Below are positions 20,378 through 29,532 of a stretch of DNA of 64,000 nucleotides, one piece after another. The DNA lies in NCBI GenBank assembly GCA_902615845.1, contig CACMQS010000003.1, positions 62,531 to 126,530 of the forward strand. Direction: 5' to 3'. Within the stretch, counting starts at the first letter, position 1, and each line of letters opens with the position of its first letter. A program made the translations under genes and the position numbers. The notes below the pieces were generated by a model that saw nothing but the letters and a program-made list of their open reading frames with translations, did not search any database and was not told the origin of the DNA. The stretch comes from an uncultured Alphaproteobacteria bacterium (GTDB lineage: Bacteria; Pseudomonadota; Alphaproteobacteria; HIMB59; GCA-002718135).

Positions 20378-21123
20378 TAATCTTTTTTCCCCATGATCCA
20401 TCCAATCACTTCATCTCTTGAAGTGTTTTTTAATTCTGATTCAGCAAAGTTTGTTCCTTGAAAAAGTGCCATTACGCGATCACAAACAGTAAAAATATCA
20501 TCCATTCGATGGCTAATTACTATTACACTAACACCTAACTTTTTAAGATTTAAAATTAAATCTAAAACTTTCCCAACTTCTTTAACAGCAAGTGCTGCTG
20601 TTGGTTCATCCATCAATACAATTTTTGCATTAAATGCTGTAGCTCTAGCAATTGCTACTGCTTGTCTTTGTCCACCTGATAATTCTTCAACCTTTTGATC
20701 AGCACTCTTTACGTTTATTTTTAGTTTTGAAAGATGCTCTTCAGTTAATTGTTTTCTTTTTTTATGATCCAAAAAATTAAAGGGACCAACTTTTCTTGTT
20801 GGTTCTCTTCCTAAAAAAATATTATCACCAATAGGGAGATTCCCAGCTAGTGCTAAATCTTGATAAACCATTTCTAAGCCCAAATTTTGTGAGTCTCTGG
20901 GACTATTTAAAGTTACTTTTTCTTTATCAAAAAAAAGTGAACCTTCACTTGGCTTATATAATCCTGATAAAACTTTCATTAATGTTGATTTACCAGCACC
21001 GTTATCGCCGACGACACCAAGAACCTCGCCTTTATTTAAATGAAGATCTACATTTTGAAGAGCTGTGATAGTACCAAAAAATTTTGAAACTGATTTAGCT
21101 TCCAATACTAAGTTATCTGACAT
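20377..21123 (-). CDS. Monosaccharide ABC ATP-binding protein (single domain)
   Basis: GDNGAGKST, LSGGQRQ, MDEPTAAL. Confidence 0.93.
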   Translation of the reverse strand: MSDNLVLEAKSVSKFFGTITALQNVDLHLNKGEVLGVVGDNGAGKSTLMKVLSGLYKPSEGSLFFDKEKVTLNSPRDSQNLGLEMVYQDLALAGNLPIGDNIFLGREPTRKVGPFNFLDHKKRKQLTEEHLSKLKINVKSADQKVEELSGGQRQAVAIARATAFNAKIVLMDEPTAALAVKEVGKVLDLILNLKKLGVSVIVISHRMDDIFTVCDRVMALFQGTNFAESELKNTSRDEVIGWIMGKKD

Positions 21124-21143
21124 AGTGTGTTTTTAAATAAATT

Positions 21144-22172
21144 TTAATTAATATCAACTGGTTTTGAACGTAAATATTTAACAGTTTCTCTTTCAGCTTT
21201 TTTGCATAATTTTGGAGGCAGGCCTTTTAAAATAAGTTTTAAATCTTGAATTACTAATTCACCCATCTCTTTAAATGCGCTGTCTAATGCGCCAGCTCTA
21301 TGCGGAGAAAAAATTACATTTTTGAGTTTTCTTAATTTATGATTTTTAGGAAATGGTTCTTGTGGAAAAACATCAATAGCAGCAAACACATTTCTATTTT
21401 TTAAAAAATTAAAAAAATCATCAAAATTTATTATGGCTGCTCTACTCATTAAGACAAATACTGATCCATCTTTAATTAATTTAAGTTTAGAAGAATTAAT
21501 CATAGATTCATTAGAGGAAGTAATGGATGCTAAAACATAAATGATGTCAGCATTTTTGAGTAAAGAATTTAAACTAGTAGGATTAACATCAAATTTTTCG
21601 ATTTCTTTATTGGGAATCCAAGGGTCATAGGCAATGATATTATTAGAGAATGCTTTGAGTATAGGAGTGAGTGATTTGGCTAAATCACCAAAACCAATTA
21701 AACCAAATGTTTTATTTTTTATTAAAAAATTATTCTGACTTATTGCACCACCATATTTTTCTTTCTTTGAAATAAAGTCTGAATGAGCAATATGAATACT
21801 TCTAGCTATAGATAAAGTAAGACCCATTGCCATTTCAGCAACAGGTTGAGCAAACACAGGAGATGTTGCTAAAACATGTATTCCTTTTCTAAAACAATAA
21901 TCATAATCCATATTGTCCATGAAATTACTCTCTACATTAAATATAGCTTTAAGTTTTGCAGATTTAGAAATTAAAGATGAAGGTAAATTGGGTTGTCCAA
22001 AAATATAATCTGCCTTTGGTAGATTTTTTTCATAAAAATTATTTTTATTTTTTTTAGGAGCAGTAATGAGTTTAAAATTTTTTTTTAAGTATTTTAAATT
22101 TTCTTTAGAAAAAAGTAGATCCATTGTTCTTGGATATGGATCTAATAAAATTATTGGCTTGTTTTGATTCAT
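21144..22172 (-). CDS. D-isomer-specific 2-hydroxyacid dehydrogenase family protein
   Basis: VAEMA, GLIGFGDLA, YDPW, SRA, DVFPQEP, PHRAG. Confidence 0.88.
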   Translation of the reverse strand: MNQNKPIILLDPYPRTMDLLFSKENLKYLKKNFKLITAPKKNKNNFYEKNLPKADYIFGQPNLPSSLISKSAKLKAIFNVESNFMDNMDYDYCFRKGIHVLATSPVFAQPVAEMAMGLTLSIARSIHIAHSDFISKKEKYGGAISQNNFLIKNKTFGLIGFGDLAKSLTPILKAFSNNIIAYDPWIPNKEIEKFDVNPTSLNSLLKNADIIYVLASITSSNESMINSSKLKLIKDGSVFVLMSRAAIINFDDFFNFLKNRNVFAAIDVFPQEPFPKNHKLRKLKNVIFSPHRAGALDSAFKEMGELVIQDLKLILKGLPPKLCKKAERETVKYLRSKPVDIN

Positions 22173-22205
22173 ACAATTTTGAAATTTTAGAAAAAGAAAT
22201 TTATT

Positions 22206-24050
22206 TTATACGCCTTTACGTTGTTTATTTTTTCCTTCTAAAAATTCATTAAGAGCTGATTTCTTACCTTCAGTATTATCTACTTCAAGTGTTGGGCTTT
22301 CCCAAAAAGCTGTTCCTTCCAACCACTCATACCCATCTGTTTTCATAGAAATAACATATGTTTTATCTGATTCTTTTGCTCTTTTAAAAGCGGCCTCTAA
22401 CTCTGAAATAGATTTAACAGTCTCACCATTTGCTCCCATACTTTTTGCGTGAGCTTCGAAATCTACAAACTGTACATTTGTTGCTCTTGCAGCATTAAGA
22501 TTGCAAAGATATTCATTTCCACCTTTTGCTAGTTGCAATCTATTTATAACCATGTGACCGCCATTATCACAAACAACTATAATTAATTTTTTATCATATA
22601 AAACTGAACTGTAGATATCGCTATTTTGTAAGAGGTATGAGCCATCACCTACAAATACAATGACATCTTGATCAGGTTTTGCCATTTTGATCCCAAGTGC
22701 ACCTGATATTTCATAACTCATGCAACTAAAGCCCCATTCAGTTTCAAAAGTGTTTAATTCTTTAGGTTTCCATATTTGAACTACTTCACCAACTAACCCT
22801 CCAGCTGCAGTTACGACAATATCTGATGGATCTGAATTTCTATACACAGCACCTACCGCATGCGCATAGGATGGTAATTCTTGGTTTGTTGGTCCACTTT
22901 CCTTGGCAACATATTCATCCCATTTATTTCTTTCCTCAATTGAACGCTGATACCAATTATCTGGTGCTTTCCAATCGCCTAATACTTTTGATAATTCCTG
23001 AAGTCCAATTTTTGCATCACTGACAACAGGAGTTGCGCGATGTTTTGTAGTGTCAAATCGTGAAGTATTTATTGAGACAAGTTGAAAATTTTCATTTTCA
23101 AAATTAGTCCAAGAACCAGTTGTAAAATCTCCTAATTTTGTTCCCACAGCTAGTGCTAAATCTGTATCAGTAGCAAGGTTATTAGATGAGCCTTCTCCTA
23201 AGCATCCAATTGCGCTTATATAGTAGGGATCATCTTTATTCATACAACCAATCCCCATCACAGTTGCTGTTACAGGAATATTATGTTTTTTTGCAAAAGC
23301 GGAAATTTCCTCTTCTGCTTCTGAATATAAAACACCTCCACCTGAAATAATAATTGGTTGTTTAGATTGTTTTAATTTATCAGCTGCCTTTTGTATTTGA
23401 TTTGGATCAGGATGAATTCTTCTAATTTCATGAATTTTTTCTTCAAAAAAGATTTCAGGATAATTATAGGCTTCTCCTTGAACATCTTGAGACATAGAAA
23501 TTACTGCTGGGCCACAGTCTGCAGGATCAAGCATTACATTAATTGCTTGCGGTAAAGATGTTAAAATTTGTTCAGGTCTAGTTATTCGATCAAAATATCT
23601 TGATACAGATTTAAATGAATCATTTTGCGTTTCTGAGGGAGAATTAAAATGTTCTACTTGTTGTAAAACAGGATCTGGAAAACGACTAGAAAATGTATCA
23701 CCTGGTAAAAGTAAAATTGGAAGTCTATTACTTAAAGCAACTGCAGCAGCTGTAACCATATTAGTGGAACCTGGTCCAACAGATGAAGTTGCGATAAATA
23801 TTTGTTGTCTTCTTTTTGCACGTGCGTATGCAATACCAGTCAATGCCATATTTTGTTCGTGATGACCCCTATATCCTGGAAGTTCATTCTGATATTCTTC
23901 CATAGCTTGTCCAATACACGCAACATTACCATGGCCATAAATACCGAAAGCACCTGGAAATAGAGGTTCTTTTTTTCCATTAATCAAAATTTTTTGCATT
24001 GTTAAATATTTAATTAATGCATGCGAACATGACATTCTAACTGTTTTCAT
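22206..24050 (-). CDS. iolD: 3D-(3,5/4)-trihydroxycyclohexane-1,2-dione acylhydrolase (ThDP-dependent)
   Basis: GIYGHGNV, EQNMA, SSVGPG, PDPVLQQVE, GFSCMSYEI, VGDGSY; start moved to ATG 24050 after AAGGAA. Confidence 0.9.
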   Translation of the reverse strand: MKTVRMSCSHALIKYLTMQKILINGKKEPLFPGAFGIYGHGNVACIGQAMEEYQNELPGYRGHHEQNMALTGIAYARAKRRQQIFIATSSVGPGSTNMVTAAAVALSNRLPILLLPGDTFSSRFPDPVLQQVEHFNSPSETQNDSFKSVSRYFDRITRPEQILTSLPQAINVMLDPADCGPAVISMSQDVQGEAYNYPEIFFEEKIHEIRRIHPDPNQIQKAADKLKQSKQPIIISGGGVLYSEAEEEISAFAKKHNIPVTATVMGIGCMNKDDPYYISAIGCLGEGSSNNLATDTDLALAVGTKLGDFTTGSWTNFENENFQLVSINTSRFDTTKHRATPVVSDAKIGLQELSKVLGDWKAPDNWYQRSIEERNKWDEYVAKESGPTNQELPSYAHAVGAVYRNSDPSDIVVTAAGGLVGEVVQIWKPKELNTFETEWGFSCMSYEISGALGIKMAKPDQDVIVFVGDGSYLLQNSDIYSSVLYDKKLIIVVCDNGGHMVINRLQLAKGGNEYLCNLNAARATNVQFVDFEAHAKSMGANGETVKSISELEAAFKRAKESDKTYVISMKTDGYEWLEGTAFWESPTLEVDNTEGKKSALNEFLEGKNKQRKGV

Positions 24051-24149
24051 AGGTTCCTTTCCCAAAAAAAACTGATACTATTATAATAAAAAAATAATTT
24101 AAAGAGTTAATCAATTTATTTTTTTGAAATTTTAGAATATAAATCATTT

Positions 24150-25115
24150 ATGAAAGTTGGGGTTGTTGGTGAGATTCATAAAAGTGGGTATGAAATATTT
24201 GAAAAAAATAACATTGAGTATTTTGTTACAGATAATAGAGAAGAGAACAAACTAAAGGAAGAATTAAAAGACGTTGATGGCATTGTTGTTAGGACAGTTA
24301 AATTAAATAAAAATATTCTGTCAAATGCTGAAAACTTAAAAATTGTAGCTAGACATGGTGTGGGTTACGACAATGTTGATACTAATTTTTTGAATGAAAA
24401 TAATATTGCTTTAGCAATAACTGGTACATCCAATTCTGTTAGTGTTTCAGAACATGTAATGACAATGATGCTGTGTTTGACTAAAAATATTTTTGAATCA
24501 GATCAATTAGTAAAACATAATAAATTTAAAGAAAAAGCAAAACTTCCTAATTTTTTTGAACTATATCAAAAAAAAATTTTAATTTTAGGTTTTGGTAGAA
24601 TTGGAAAAGCGTTAGCTAAAAGATGTTTTGCCTTTGATATGCAAGTTTACATTTATGATCCTTTTGTTTCTGATGCTGAGATACTAAAATCAAATTATGT
24701 TCCAATTGAAAAGGAAAAGGGGTTTAAAATTGCTGATTATATTAGTATTCATTTACCTTTAAATAATAATACTAAAGATTTGATTTCCTATGATTCATTT
24801 AACATTTGTAAATCTAATTTAATTCTTATTAATTCTGCTCGTGGTGGGATTGTTAATGAAGAAGCATTATATGATGCTTTAAAGAACAAAAAAATTTTTG
24901 CTGCAGGATTAGATGTTTTTGAAATTGAACCTCCAATAAATAACCACAAATTATTTTCATTACAAAATACATTGTTAACTCCTCATAATTCAGCATTAAC
25001 ATTAGAATGTAGGAAAAGAATGGCTATTGAGTCTTGTGAAAATGTTTATAATTTTTTGACTAAAAGTAAAAAACTGAATGAAAGCAATATAATAAATTTT
25101 AATTTTTTAAGTTAA
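24150..25115 (+). CDS. D-2-hydroxyacid dehydrogenase (PGDH-like, no ACT domain)
   Basis: RHGVGYDNVD, GFGRIG, INSARGG, DVFEIEP, TPH. Confidence 0.88.
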   Translation: MKVGVVGEIHKSGYEIFEKNNIEYFVTDNREENKLKEELKDVDGIVVRTVKLNKNILSNAENLKIVARHGVGYDNVDTNFLNENNIALAITGTSNSVSVSEHVMTMMLCLTKNIFESDQLVKHNKFKEKAKLPNFFELYQKKILILGFGRIGKALAKRCFAFDMQVYIYDPFVSDAEILKSNYVPIEKEKGFKIADYISIHLPLNNNTKDLISYDSFNICKSNLILINSARGGIVNEEALYDALKNKKIFAAGLDVFEIEPPINNHKLFSLQNTLLTPHNSALTLECRKRMAIESCENVYNFLTKSKKLNESNIINFNFLS

Positions 25116-25432
25116 ATATTGAGGTAAAGATTTCCATCTTCTTCTGTAACATCAAATATTTTTAATGGGGTCTGTTCTAAATCAGAGATAGAGTCCCCAG
25201 ATACAATACTAAATTTATTTCCGCATGTTGGACACTCTAGTTCTTCACCTTCAATACTAGATTCACTTAATAAAGTTTTTTCTGCACAAGGGCAATTTCC
25301 TTCAGTTGCAAAAAAGCCAGACTCAAGTCTATAAATTGCATAATTTACATCGTCGTATTCAAAATTTTCAACCGATCCAACATCAATATCGTCAACTTCA
25401 CCTATTAAGATTGGCTCTATTTCATCATTCAT
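25112..25432 (-). CDS. Rieske-fold ferredoxin, MocE-like, with atypical all-Cys ligand set
   Basis: AIYRL..GFFATEGNCPC..L...IEGEELECPTC...F...G pattern follows Rieske ferredoxins, but CxH/CxxH read CxC/CxxC. Confidence 0.75.
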   Translation of the reverse strand: MNDEIEPILIGEVDDIDVGSVENFEYDDVNYAIYRLESGFFATEGNCPCAEKTLLSESSIEGEELECPTCGNKFSIVSGDSISDLEQTPLKIFDVTEEDGNLYLNI

Positions 25433-25492
25433 AAAAAATTTGTAAAATAAAATTGAAATAGAATAAATATTTTTTTTAAGAAAGTTGTTGAT

Positions 25493-26647
25493 TTATCTGA
25501 ATTTTAGATTTTTTCTTGTGAGTTCTTTTACGTTAGAAACTCCCATTAATTTCATGTCGCGTTCAATTTCATTGCGTAAATTAGATAAACTTTTTTCAAC
25601 ACCTTTTTGACCTCCTGCTGCCAATGCGTATAAATACATTCTTCCGCCAGAACAGGCTTTTGCACCAAGTGATAGTGCTTTTAAAACATGAGTACCTCTT
25701 CTAATGCCACCTTCACATATTACATCTATTTTATCTCCAACAGCATCAACAATTTCAGCTAATTGATCAAACGGTGATCTTGATCCGTCTAACTGTCGTC
25801 CTCCATGATTTGAAACCATGATAGCTGAAGCTCCAACATCAACTGCTTTTTTAGCGTCTTCCACTGACATAACCCCTTTAATTGCAAATTGGCGTCCCCA
25901 CTCTTTATTAATGTTTTCAACATCTTTCCAACTCATCGAATTATCTAGCATCTTTGTGAAGTAATCACCAATTGTAGTCATTACAGTTGTACCTTCACTA
26001 ATATGGTCTTTTAAATTACTTAATTCCCATTTAGGTTTTGTAAAATAATCTATTGCCCACTTCGGATGCATCATAAAACTTATAACACTATTAAGTTTTA
26101 GTTTCATTGGAATAGTAAAACCAGTATACAAATCTCTTTCACGATTTCCACCAACAGCAGTATCAACTGTAACCGCCATTGCTTCAAAATTAGATTCTTT
26201 ACACCTTTCTATAAGAGCTTTGTTTAGTCCTTTGTCTTTATGAACATAAAGCTGAAAAAGTTTTGGTGTTTTAACTAAATTAGATATCTCTTCTATACTT
26301 GCAGTACCTAATGAAGAAATTCCAAACATAGTTCCAAATTTTTCAGCAGCTTTTGCCACTCCAATCTCACCTTCATGATGAAATAATCTCTGAAGAGCAG
26401 TTGGCGCACAATATAATGGCATGTCTAGTTTCTGTCCCATTACAGTGGTTGACATATCTACTTTATCAACACCACTTAAAACATTTGGAATTAAATCACA
26501 TTCTTCATAGGCATCGGTATTTCTTTTATAAGTTATTTCGTCATCAGCAGCGCCATCAATATAATGGAAGATTGGGCTTGGAAGTCTTTTTTTTGCTAAA
26601 TTTCTAAAGTCTTTTACATTATGACAGTTATTAATGCTTCCAAACAT
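25493..26647 (-). CDS. lldD: FMN-dependent alpha-hydroxy acid dehydrogenase (L-lactate dehydrogenase-like)
   Basis: YIDGAADDE, FQLY, VTVD, IKG, VSNHGGRQLD, GGIRRG. Confidence 0.82.
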   Translation of the reverse strand: MFGSINNCHNVKDFRNLAKKRLPSPIFHYIDGAADDEITYKRNTDAYEECDLIPNVLSGVDKVDMSTTVMGQKLDMPLYCAPTALQRLFHHEGEIGVAKAAEKFGTMFGISSLGTASIEEISNLVKTPKLFQLYVHKDKGLNKALIERCKESNFEAMAVTVDTAVGGNRERDLYTGFTIPMKLKLNSVISFMMHPKWAIDYFTKPKWELSNLKDHISEGTTVMTTIGDYFTKMLDNSMSWKDVENINKEWGRQFAIKGVMSVEDAKKAVDVGASAIMVSNHGGRQLDGSRSPFDQLAEIVDAVGDKIDVICEGGIRRGTHVLKALSLGAKACSGGRMYLYALAAGGQKGVEKSLSNLRNEIERDMKLMGVSNVKELTRKNLKFR

Positions 26648-27495
26648 TAAGCTTGAATTGTTTTTTGTGTTTGTTCTCCCAAGCCTTCAATTCCCAATTT
26701 CATTACATCACCAGCTTTTAAAAATACTTGAGGGTTCATTCCCATACCAACACCTGGAGGTGTACCAGTAGAGATAATATCTCCTGGCTGTAATGACATA
26801 AATTGACTTAAATAACTAATAAGAAAATTAACACCATAGACCATAGTATTTGTAGAGCCGTCTTGCATTTTTTTACCATTAACTTCTAACCACATTTTAA
26901 GATTTTGAGGATCAGGTATTTCATCTGTCGTTACTAGATAAGGCCCAATTGGTCCAAATGTATCACACGATTTACCTTTTACCCACTGACCTGAGTGTTC
27001 AATCTGAAATTCCCTCTCGCTTAGATCATTAATTACACAGTATCCAGCTATGTAGGATTGCGATTCAGTCTCACTAATATACTTTGCTTCTTTTCCAATA
27101 ATAACACCTAACTCAACTTCCCAGTCAGATTTAACTGATTTTTTTGGAATCTCCACATTATCATTTGGTCCAATCACTGAACTAGTTGCTTTTGCAAAAA
27201 TAATGGGCTCAGGAGGTACCTTTTGTCCCGTTTCTTCTGCATGATCAGAATAATTAAGACCTATACAAATAATTTTACCAATACTTTCTTTAGAAACACA
27301 TGGTGCTATACCGTCATGATTTTTAACAATAGGTAATGCATTAAGATCAGCTAATTTTACTTCATTTAGTTTTTCAATAGTTACATTCTTATTATCCCAA
27401 TCATTTACTAAAGAAGAAGCATCACGTATATTTTCTTCAGAGTCCAAAATTCCTGGTTTAACATCTTGACCAATTCTATATCTTAAAGTTTTCAT
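26647..27495 (-). CDS. Fumarylacetoacetate hydrolase family protein, probable 2,4-diketo-3-deoxy-L-fuconate hydrolase
   Basis: KIICIGLNY..H..E, DWEVELGV, NDLSER, GKSCDTFGP, TGTPPGVG; context; start at ATG 27495. Confidence 0.85.
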   Translation of the reverse strand: MKTLRYRIGQDVKPGILDSEENIRDASSLVNDWDNKNVTIEKLNEVKLADLNALPIVKNHDGIAPCVSKESIGKIICIGLNYSDHAEETGQKVPPEPIIFAKATSSVIGPNDNVEIPKKSVKSDWEVELGVIIGKEAKYISETESQSYIAGYCVINDLSEREFQIEHSGQWVKGKSCDTFGPIGPYLVTTDEIPDPQNLKMWLEVNGKKMQDGSTNTMVYGVNFLISYLSQFMSLQPGDIISTGTPPGVGMGMNPQVFLKAGDVMKLGIEGLGEQTQKTIQA

Positions 27496-28232
27496 TATAA
27501 AGTCCACCCTCCATCAATTAAATTTAGTGTTCCCGTAACAAAATCTGATTCATCACTTGCTAAATAAGTTGCAAGTGAAGCAATTTCTTCTGGTTGAGCT
27601 AATCTTCCCATAGCTTGTCTAGCAATAAAATCCTTTCGAGCTTGTTTTGGATCATCGGCCATATTCACCCGACCTTCCCAAGATGGCGTTTCTACTGTTC
27701 CAGGAAGTATTGCATTACATCGAATTCCATTTTTTACATAATCTGCTGCGAGAGCTTTAACAAAACCATTTAGTGCTGCTTTTGTTGTACCATAAATAAA
27801 TCTATTGGGAGCTCCTTTTACGTTTGAAGCTGCAGACGATACAATAATTATATTTCCTTTTCCTTTATCTAACATTTTAGGTACTAGATTATAACTCATC
27901 AGATAAGCTGAATATACATTTACATTAACAGATCGTTGAAATTCTGTATCATCACATTCCAATAATGTTCCGTGGTGAACAAAACCAACAGCATGAAAGA
28001 GCACATCTACAGTTTCAATGCTAGAACAAAAATCTTCAACTGCATTTTTATTTGTAGCATCTAATTTTTGAGTTTTGATAGAATTATTTTCTTTATTTAA
28101 TTCAGTCAGTTTTTCTTCATTAATATCAGTTGCAATTACAGAAGCACCTTCTTTTGCAAACATCATTGCAGTTGCTCTACCAATGCCTTGTGCTGCAGCA
28201 GTTACAATTATTTTTTTATCTTTTAATCTCAT
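27495..28232 (-). CDS. SDR oxidoreductase, probable 2-keto-3-deoxy-L-fuconate 4-dehydrogenase (BDH2-like)
   Basis: TAAAQGIG, GFVHHGTLL, NRFIYGTTKAA, CNAILPGTVETPS, FIARQ.MGR. Confidence 0.85.
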   Translation of the reverse strand: MRLKDKKIIVTAAAQGIGRATAMMFAKEGASVIATDINEEKLTELNKENNSIKTQKLDATNKNAVEDFCSSIETVDVLFHAVGFVHHGTLLECDDTEFQRSVNVNVYSAYLMSYNLVPKMLDKGKGNIIIVSSAASNVKGAPNRFIYGTTKAALNGFVKALAADYVKNGIRCNAILPGTVETPSWEGRVNMADDPKQARKDFIARQAMGRLAQPEEIASLATYLASDESDFVTGTLNLIDGGWTL

Positions 28233-29530
28233 ATATTATTCTTCCAATACGCGCCATTAGGAAAAGAAAACTCATTAACAGACTTTTCTTTCATTTCAAT
28301 AGAATATCCATGGTCAAGTGGGGGCATGTAATTTCCATTTTCAATCTTACATGGATATACAAAGTGTTCATGTAAGCTGTCTTGATATTCTACAACTTTG
28401 TCATTTTTAGAACCATTGATTAAAACATAGTCGATCATGCATAAGTGTTGAACATATTCACATAAACCAACACCTCCAGCATGTGGAAAGACTGGAACAT
28501 TAAATTTATGTGCCATTAACAATACTGTAATTATTTCGTTAATACTTCCCAATCTGCAGCTATCAATTTGACAGATGTTCATTGCACCAGATTCAAGAAA
28601 TTGCTTAAACATGATACGACCTCCACATGCTTCTCCAGTAGCAAGTCTTACATCTCCAACTTCTTTTTTTATTTTGGAAAAACCCATTACATCATCTGGA
28701 CTTGTAGGTTCTTCTACAAAAAATAAATTAAATTTTTTGTATGCATTAATATGTTTAATCGATTGTTCTACGTTCCATTGCTGGTTTGCATCAACCATAA
28801 TAAAGCAATCATCACCAATTGTTTTTCTAATTAACTCAAGTCTTTTTACATCTGCATTTAGATCTAAACCAACCTTGATTTTAAAATGCTTCCAACCTTT
28901 TGCCATATATTCACTGCATAATTGAATTATTTTTTCATCTGAATAGCCAAGCCATCCTGCAGCAGTTGTGTAAGATGGATATCCTTCTTGCAATACTGTA
29001 TCGATACGTTTTTGTTTATCATTTTGATTGTTTGACAAAATCGCTAACGCTTCCTCTGGAGTTAAAACATCTTCAATATATTTAAATGTTAACCAGCTAA
29101 CTATTTTTTCAGGCTCACTTTCTACAATAAACTGCCACAAAGGTTTTTTGTGCTTCTTAGCAATTAAATCCCATAAACAATTAAAGATTGCTGATACAGC
29201 CATATGAACAACTCCTTTTTCAGGACCTAACCAACGTAACTGACTATGATCAACACACTTGAACCAGAGCTTACCAATATTATTTTCTAAATCATTTAAG
29301 TCCATATTTTCAAAAATTGGAAAAAAATGTTTTATACATTCAGCAACAATGTCATTTCCTTTACCAATCGTGAAGGCAATACCATATCCTTTTAACTCTG
29401 CTTGATCAGTAAAAGCTGTCACATACGTTGCTGAATAATCAGGATCTGTATGAATGGCATCAGATCCAGTTAAATCTTTTGAAGTAGGAAATCTTACATC
29501 TTGAACACTAAATTTAGTAATCTTTGTCAT
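28229..29530 (-). CDS. fucD: L-fuconate dehydratase (enolase superfamily, FucD/ENOSF1)
   Basis: DVRFPTS..GSDA.H.DPDYS, QLRWLGPEKGVVH, YTT.AGWLGY, FKIKVG, DANQ, EEPTSPDD, PHAGGVGLCE. Confidence 0.92.
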   Translation of the reverse strand: MTKITKFSVQDVRFPTSKDLTGSDAIHTDPDYSATYVTAFTDQAELKGYGIAFTIGKGNDIVAECIKHFFPIFENMDLNDLENNIGKLWFKCVDHSQLRWLGPEKGVVHMAVSAIFNCLWDLIAKKHKKPLWQFIVESEPEKIVSWLTFKYIEDVLTPEEALAILSNNQNDKQKRIDTVLQEGYPSYTTAAGWLGYSDEKIIQLCSEYMAKGWKHFKIKVGLDLNADVKRLELIRKTIGDDCFIMVDANQQWNVEQSIKHINAYKKFNLFFVEEPTSPDDVMGFSKIKKEVGDVRLATGEACGGRIMFKQFLESGAMNICQIDSCRLGSINEIITVLLMAHKFNVPVFPHAGGVGLCEYVQHLCMIDYVLINGSKNDKVVEYQDSLHEHFVYPCKIENGNYMPPLDHGYSIEMKEKSVNEFSFPNGAYWKNNI

Positions 29531-29532
29531 TT

